From Candidatus Moraniibacteriota bacterium (GTDB taxonomy: Bacteria > Patescibacteriota > Minisyncoccia > Moranbacterales > GCA-2747515): a stretch of 64,000 nucleotides of DNA. Each line of letters begins with the position of its first letter. Within the stretch, counting starts at the first letter, position 1. Below are positions 59,385 through 64,000 of the stretch, in pieces. The stretch covers positions 883,449-947,448 of the forward strand of contig CP065011.1 of NCBI GenBank assembly GCA_016699795.1, given 5' to 3'. The notes under the pieces were generated by a model. It had not been told where the DNA came from. It did no database searches and saw only the letters and a list, made by a program, of their open reading frames with translations. A program made the translations under genes and the position numbers.

Positions 59385-59804
59385 ATGAAACAAAAATATT
59401 TTTCAAAAAACCATAGAAATCTTTTATTTTTTTATCTGCCTCTTTCTCTGTGGATTTTTCTTATTTGGTTTTTGAGCTCTCATAATTGGACAATACATTT
59501 TTATTCTGATACTTGGAATCAGGAAATGTTTATCCGAAAACTAGCTCATATTGGGGAGTTTTTTATTCTTTTTATTTTAATCTTTCGAATGATCTCTCTT
59601 CGAGAAAAAAAATTCTCACAAAGTGTTATAGGTGCTCTTGGTATAGTATTTTGTATTTCGATAATTGACGAATGGCATCAGACTTGGGTTTTTGGAAGAG
59701 AGGGAAAAATAGGGGATGTTTTTATAGATATGTCGGGGGCTTTTCTTGGAAGTATTGTTTTGATCGAATATTATAGATATATTCAGAAAAAGAATAAAAA
59801 ATGA
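59385..59804 (+). CDS. VanZ-family membrane protein
   Basis: 139 aa. DEWHQTWVFGREGKIGDVFIDMSGAFLG matches the VanZ-like signature. Confidence 0.6.
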   Translation: MKQKYFSKNHRNLLFFYLPLSLWIFLIWFLSSHNWTIHFYSDTWNQEMFIRKLAHIGEFFILFILIFRMISLREKKFSQSVIGALGIVFCISIIDEWHQTWVFGREGKIGDVFIDMSGAFLGSIVLIEYYRYIQKKNKK

Positions 59805-59832
59805 AATAAAATTTTTCCGAAAAAGAAAAAAT

Positions 59833-62574
59833 ATGGAAAAACAAAAAGAGCGAAATACACGAATACCTTTCTATACATGGCCATCAAAAAAAGTGGTAGA
59901 TTTTTTTCATTCAAGACCAGAAGGTCTCTCTCAAGAAGAGGCAAAAGCACGGTTTGATAGGTATGGAGAAAATTTTATAGCGGACAAGAAAAAAGTACAT
60001 CCTTGGATTATTTTTTTTAGACAATTTCGAAGTGTTTTAATTTATGTTCTTTTGTTTGCTGCAGCTATTTCTTTTGTTGTAAATCACTTTTTAGATGTTT
60101 GGATTATTTTGGGAATAGTTGTTTTTAATGCATTTCTTGGATTTTTTCTAGAATATAGAGCAGAAAGATCTATTGAGGCATTGAAAGATATGATGGCTCA
60201 AAATGCAAAGACTTTGCGTAATAATAAACTTTCTCAAATTGATTCTCGGCTTTTAGTTCCTGGAGATATTGTTTTTCTTGAAGAAGGAGATAGAATTCCA
60301 GCCGATGGGAGAATCCTTTTTGCTGATGATGTTCGTGTAGTTGAAAGCTCACTTACGGGAGAGGCTTTTCCGCAAAGTAAATCGGTAAAAAATCTTACAG
60401 CAGATCTTCCCTTGGGGGATCAAAAAAATATGCTTTGGTCGGGGACATATATGGTTTCTGGTGAGGCACGAATGATTGTAACGGCAACGGGTTTTTTTAC
60501 GCAATTAGGAGAAATTGCTCAAAAAATGGAAAAAATTGAAACTACCCCAACGCATTTTAAAGAAAGAATAAGCATACTTTCAAAACAATTGGGATTTGTT
60601 GCTGTTTTAGGAACCATACTTACCTTTCTTGCTGGATATTATCTTGCTGAATTAGAATTTTCGGAGACATTTTTGGCGGCAGTTGCCATTTTAGTTTCTG
60701 GTATACCGGAAGGACTTCCTGCTGTCTTAACTATTGTCTTATCCGTAAGTGCTTCGAGGATGGCTAAGAAAAAGGCAATTGTTCGGTCATTACCAGCAGT
60801 GGAAACTTTGGCAATTGTAGATACTATTCTTACTGATAAAACGGGAACTCTTACGGATAATACAATGAATATTGTAAAAGCATATCTTCCTGGTCAAGAA
60901 GATATCTCTATAGAGGGAAAGGGTTGGGAGTCATGCGCAAGATTTCTTCAATCAGGAATACCCGTAGCACCATTAGAAGATTTAGCATTTCGACAACTTG
61001 CACATATTGCAGGGAGATGTTCATCAGCCAAAGTGTATCCTGTTGAATTTTCTAGTGGAAATCCCGGGGATTGTTCTTTGGAAAACTTTGAAATTGTGGG
61101 AGATCCTACGGAAGCAGCTCTCGTTGTTTTTTCTCGAAGAGCTGGTATTTCTCCTGATATTTTGGACGCTACTGAATTTAAGGTTGACGATTTACCTTTT
61201 CGGTCCGATAGGCAATTTCGTTCAACATTAGTCCATAAGAAAAATGATGAAGCTCAAATTCTTTATGTTGTAGGAGCTCCAGAAAAAGTTTTATCTCGAT
61301 GTGATTTTATTTTTCAGGATGGACGTGTTCAAAAATTACTTGCTGGACACCAAGAAGAAATTCTTTCTCAGGTTGAGAATTGGTCAAAAAAGACTTTGCG
61401 TGTTATAGCTTTGGCCTATAGAGAACGAATGGAAAATAAAAAATCTATTTATGAAGATGATGTTGAAATGCTCGTCTTTGCAGGACTTGTCGGTATGATG
61501 GATACGCCAAGAGAAGGTGTTTCTGAGGCTGTTTTTCAGGCAAAATCTGCGGGAATTCGTGTTATTATGACAACGGGAGATCATAAAGAAACAGCGATGG
61601 CAATTGCTCAAAAGGTAGGAATAGCTACCAAGAATGAGAGAGCTTACACTCAGGGTGAATTGGAGATGTTATCAGAAGAAGAATTTTTGCAAGTAGTTCG
61701 AAAAGTAAATGTTTTTGCTAGACTTACTCCAGATATGAAGTATCGCATAACACAAACTCTTCAGGCTGATAAAAAAGTTGTGGCCGTAACTGGAGATGGT
61801 GTGAATGATGCGCTTGCCTTACGAAAAGCTGATATAGGTATCTCTATGGGAAAAAATGGAAGTGATGTGGCAAGAGAGGCTGGAGCTATCATTTTAGCTG
61901 ATGATAATTTTTCTACTATTGTGAGTGCTATAGAGGAGGGACGTATCGTCTTTAATAATATACGACGGTCAAGCTCTTTTCTTCTTACAACAAGTTTTGC
62001 TGAGTATGGGACTATTATCGCCGCGCTTTCTTTAGGCACTCACCTTCCTTTTCTTCCGACGCAAATTCTTTGGCTTAATTTAGTTACTGATGGATTTTCT
62101 GTCATTCCTCTTGCTATGGAACCAAGTCATGGAAATGCTATGAAACATCCTCCTTTTGCTAAAAAAGAACGAATTCTTTCTCGTCAAACATTACCATTTC
62201 TTCTTTTTATTACAACAGTAATGATTATTCTTTCTTTAGGAACATTTCTTTGGTTTTTTGATAAAAAAGGCCTTGATTCAGCCCGTGCTGCGGGATTTGC
62301 CGTTTTGGCAATGACACAGATATTCAATGCTTTCAATATGAGGTCATTTTATTCTAGCTCGATTAGTCTTGGATTTTTTAAGAATAGATTACTTATTTGG
62401 GCAACATTAGCATCTTTTTCTCTTTTGGTACTATCTCTCTATTTTCCTCCTATGCAAAAAATATTTGGCTTTTCTTCATTAAATATTTCAGAATTTATAG
62501 TATTATTTTTTCTTTCGAGTTTAATTCTTGTTGCAGGGGATATGTATAAACGTATTCTTTATACAAAAAGATAA
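59833..62574 (+). CDS. cation-translocating P-type ATPase (P2-type, Ca2+/Mg2+-like)
   Basis: 913 aa. TGES-like actuator region, phosphorylation site LTDKTGTLT, TGDHKETA, hinge VTGDGVNDALALRKADIGISMG, and 10 TM helices. Confidence 0.9.
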   Translation: MEKQKERNTRIPFYTWPSKKVVDFFHSRPEGLSQEEAKARFDRYGENFIADKKKVHPWIIFFRQFRSVLIYVLLFAAAISFVVNHFLDVWIILGIVVFNAFLGFFLEYRAERSIEALKDMMAQNAKTLRNNKLSQIDSRLLVPGDIVFLEEGDRIPADGRILFADDVRVVESSLTGEAFPQSKSVKNLTADLPLGDQKNMLWSGTYMVSGEARMIVTATGFFTQLGEIAQKMEKIETTPTHFKERISILSKQLGFVAVLGTILTFLAGYYLAELEFSETFLAAVAILVSGIPEGLPAVLTIVLSVSASRMAKKKAIVRSLPAVETLAIVDTILTDKTGTLTDNTMNIVKAYLPGQEDISIEGKGWESCARFLQSGIPVAPLEDLAFRQLAHIAGRCSSAKVYPVEFSSGNPGDCSLENFEIVGDPTEAALVVFSRRAGISPDILDATEFKVDDLPFRSDRQFRSTLVHKKNDEAQILYVVGAPEKVLSRCDFIFQDGRVQKLLAGHQEEILSQVENWSKKTLRVIALAYRERMENKKSIYEDDVEMLVFAGLVGMMDTPREGVSEAVFQAKSAGIRVIMTTGDHKETAMAIAQKVGIATKNERAYTQGELEMLSEEEFLQVVRKVNVFARLTPDMKYRITQTLQADKKVVAVTGDGVNDALALRKADIGISMGKNGSDVAREAGAIILADDNFSTIVSAIEEGRIVFNNIRRSSSFLLTTSFAEYGTIIAALSLGTHLPFLPTQILWLNLVTDGFSVIPLAMEPSHGNAMKHPPFAKKERILSRQTLPFLLFITTVMIILSLGTFLWFFDKKGLDSARAAGFAVLAMTQIFNAFNMRSFYSSSISLGFFKNRLLIWATLASFSLLVLSLYFPPMQKIFGFSSLNISEFIVLFFLSSLILVAGDMYKRILYTKR

Positions 62575-62589
62575 ATAATAAAATACTGT

Positions 62590-62937
62590 ATGGAAAATGA
62601 AGAAGAAAAGATTTGTCAGGAACTTTCAGCACAAGGATTTCGTTTTTCTTTCTCTCAAGAAGGGCATGAAATAGCTCGCGCGAGATTGTATATTTTAAGA
62701 AATGACCTTCACGAAAAACCTTTCGGTTTTATGGAGGATGTTTTCGTTCAAGAGTTTGTTCGAGGTAAGGGTTGGGGAAAAAAACTTATTGAAGTTGTTA
62801 GAGAGAAAGCAAGGGAAATGGGTTGTTATAAACTTATTGCTACAAGTAGGGAAGAACGTGAGTCTGTACATATACTGTATAAAAAATTTGGATTCAAACA
62901 AAGAGGAAAAGAATTTCGCATTGATTTTGAGGAGTAG
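62590..62937 (+). CDS. GNAT-family N-acetyltransferase
   Basis: 115 aa. Acetyl-CoA-binding motif QEFVRGKGWGKKLIEVVREKAREMG. Confidence 0.7.
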   Translation: MENEEEKICQELSAQGFRFSFSQEGHEIARARLYILRNDLHEKPFGFMEDVFVQEFVRGKGWGKKLIEVVREKAREMGCYKLIATSREERESVHILYKKFGFKQRGKEFRIDFEE

Positions 62938-63098
62938 GGGAGGAAAATATTTTTTTTAATTTATACAAGAGAGTATCTTTGGTAGAAACAGGAAAAAATA
63001 CTTAGTTTATAAATTTAGTTATCCACATTATGTAATATTTCTTCTTTCTGCTATACTTTAAGTTAGTATAAAAGTTCTACTAAAAATAATAAAAATAT

Positions 63099-64000
63099 AT
63101 GAGAGAAAAAAAACTTAATTACAGGATAAGTACGTTCGTAGCTTTTCTCTTCCTTTTTTTGAATGTTTTTTCTGTTTCTGCACAAACTCTTGAGCCAAAA
63201 GACTTTCCTCGAGAAGAATTCGATAGAATAAAAGCAGAAAATCCAGAGATGATACAAGAAATGGAAATAATTCGTATAGCGAGCGTGAATGTATATAATC
63301 CTGTAGTGGTATCAAAAGAAGGAACTTCTATAGAAGTTGCTTATGATATAAACAACAGAGAGGGGATACAAACAGATATCATAACTTCATTGCTTCTTCT
63401 TAATAAAGAGGGAATACCATTATTTCAAAATGTTTTCAAAGATCCTATCTCTCTTAAAAATGATGAAACAAAAAAAATCATTCAAAAACTAGAACTTCCT
63501 TTCTTTCCAAATGGTACGTATGATATTGGTATAGAAGTTTCAAACTCTTCTGGCTTAACTCTTGCTCAGAGTAGTATTAAAGATGTAGAAATTGCAGGTA
63601 TAACTACAGGATATGTAAAGATTGAAAGTTGTCGTTTGACAATAAATAAAGAAGAAAAAGTGTATAGTCCATCAGAAGGTATTGATGTTCTCCCTGTTGA
63701 AGAATTATATGTTTCTTGTTTTTATAAAAGCACCTTCCTTGAATCAGTAACAGTAAAACCAGAATTTACTGAATATAGAAGATCTCTTTTTGGAGAAGCT
63801 CTTAATGTCTACAAAAGAGATTCCTTTGTTCTTGAGCCAAATAAAGAGAAGGAAGTTTCTTTTTTGATAGAAAAAAATACACTACCTCAATCCTATACAC
63901 AAAATCTTGTTTTGAAAGATGAGAGTAACAAGATCATTTCTACTGAAGCTCAATTGCATTATGTTGTTTCTGGAGAATCTGCAACTATTCAAAATATTGT
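63099..64000 (+). CDS. secreted hypothetical protein (3'-truncated by window end)
   Basis: The open frame runs from ATG 63099 to the window edge with no stop. The signal peptide MREKKLNYRISTFVAFLFLFLNVFSVSAQT is followed by a beta-rich sequence. It is absent from the ORF track because it has no in-window stop. Confidence 0.5.
   Translation, partial: MREKKLNYRISTFVAFLFLFLNVFSVSAQTLEPKDFPREEFDRIKAENPEMIQEMEIIRIASVNVYNPVVVSKEGTSIEVAYDINNREGIQTDIITSLLLLNKEGIPLFQNVFKDPISLKNDETKKIIQKLELPFFPNGTYDIGIEVSNSSGLTLAQSSIKDVEIAGITTGYVKIESCRLTINKEEKVYSPSEGIDVLPVEELYVSCFYKSTFLESVTVKPEFTEYRRSLFGEALNVYKRDSFVLEPNKEKEVSFLIEKNTLPQSYTQNLVLKDESNKIISTEAQLHYVVSGESATIQNI

Overview
Low-GC genome segment (about 30-38% GC in most genes) with compact, mostly co-directional genes and housekeeping content. 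Several traits are reminiscent of a Candidate Phyla Radiation / Patescibacteria-type bacterium with the standard genetic code (inference only): a divergent 16S rRNA with an atypical 515F primer site, a 16S gene not followed by a 23S gene, PilX-type pseudopilins, and fused metabolic genes.

Main content, in order along the window:
- A partial tRNA-Gln(UUG) on the minus strand at the window edge, then dnaX, a GtrA-like membrane protein and a hypothetical gene.
- A 16S rRNA gene with its own promoter and terminator but no 23S or 5S gene anywhere in the following 58 kb.
- pyrF, and a Cas4/RecB-like PD-(D/E)XK nuclease.
- A GC-rich island (45-48% GC) carrying two hypothetical genes, one secreted and cysteine-rich, and possibly a small third.
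- A marR / membrane-fusion-protein / RND efflux operon with a palindromic operator.
- rluA-family synthase, ldh, aspS, a CYTH-like protein, dcd and thyA.
- A block of hypothetical genes that includes a DEDD exonuclease with a DUF3820-like tail.
- mgtC, tsaC, a Nif3-like gene, a LOG-family gene and mscS.
- A reduced dcw cluster: mraZ (preceded by 10-bp-periodic GTGG boxes), rsmH, ftsL, ftsI, murF.
- trxB, and a fused rpiB-rpe gene.
- Two tandem PilX-N-type pseudopilin paralogs, the second with a FISUMP-like C-terminal domain.
- lepB, hisS, a HIT-family gene, rpsU, yqeY, ybeY, dgkA, ftsA and ftsZ.
- secE-nusG-rplK-rplA, interrupted by a T4-type dNMP-kinase-like gene before rplU.
- A UDP-sugar dehydrogenase gene, uvrA, a short uvrC lacking the HhH domain, a VanZ-family gene, a P-type ATPase, a GNAT acetyltransferase, and a partial secreted-protein ORF at the window end.

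No CRISPR array, transposase or integrase was seen. The most unusual loci are the pseudopilin/FISUMP pair, the GC-rich island with its neighbouring structured non-coding segment, the unlinked and divergent 16S, and the interrupted ribosomal-protein cluster.
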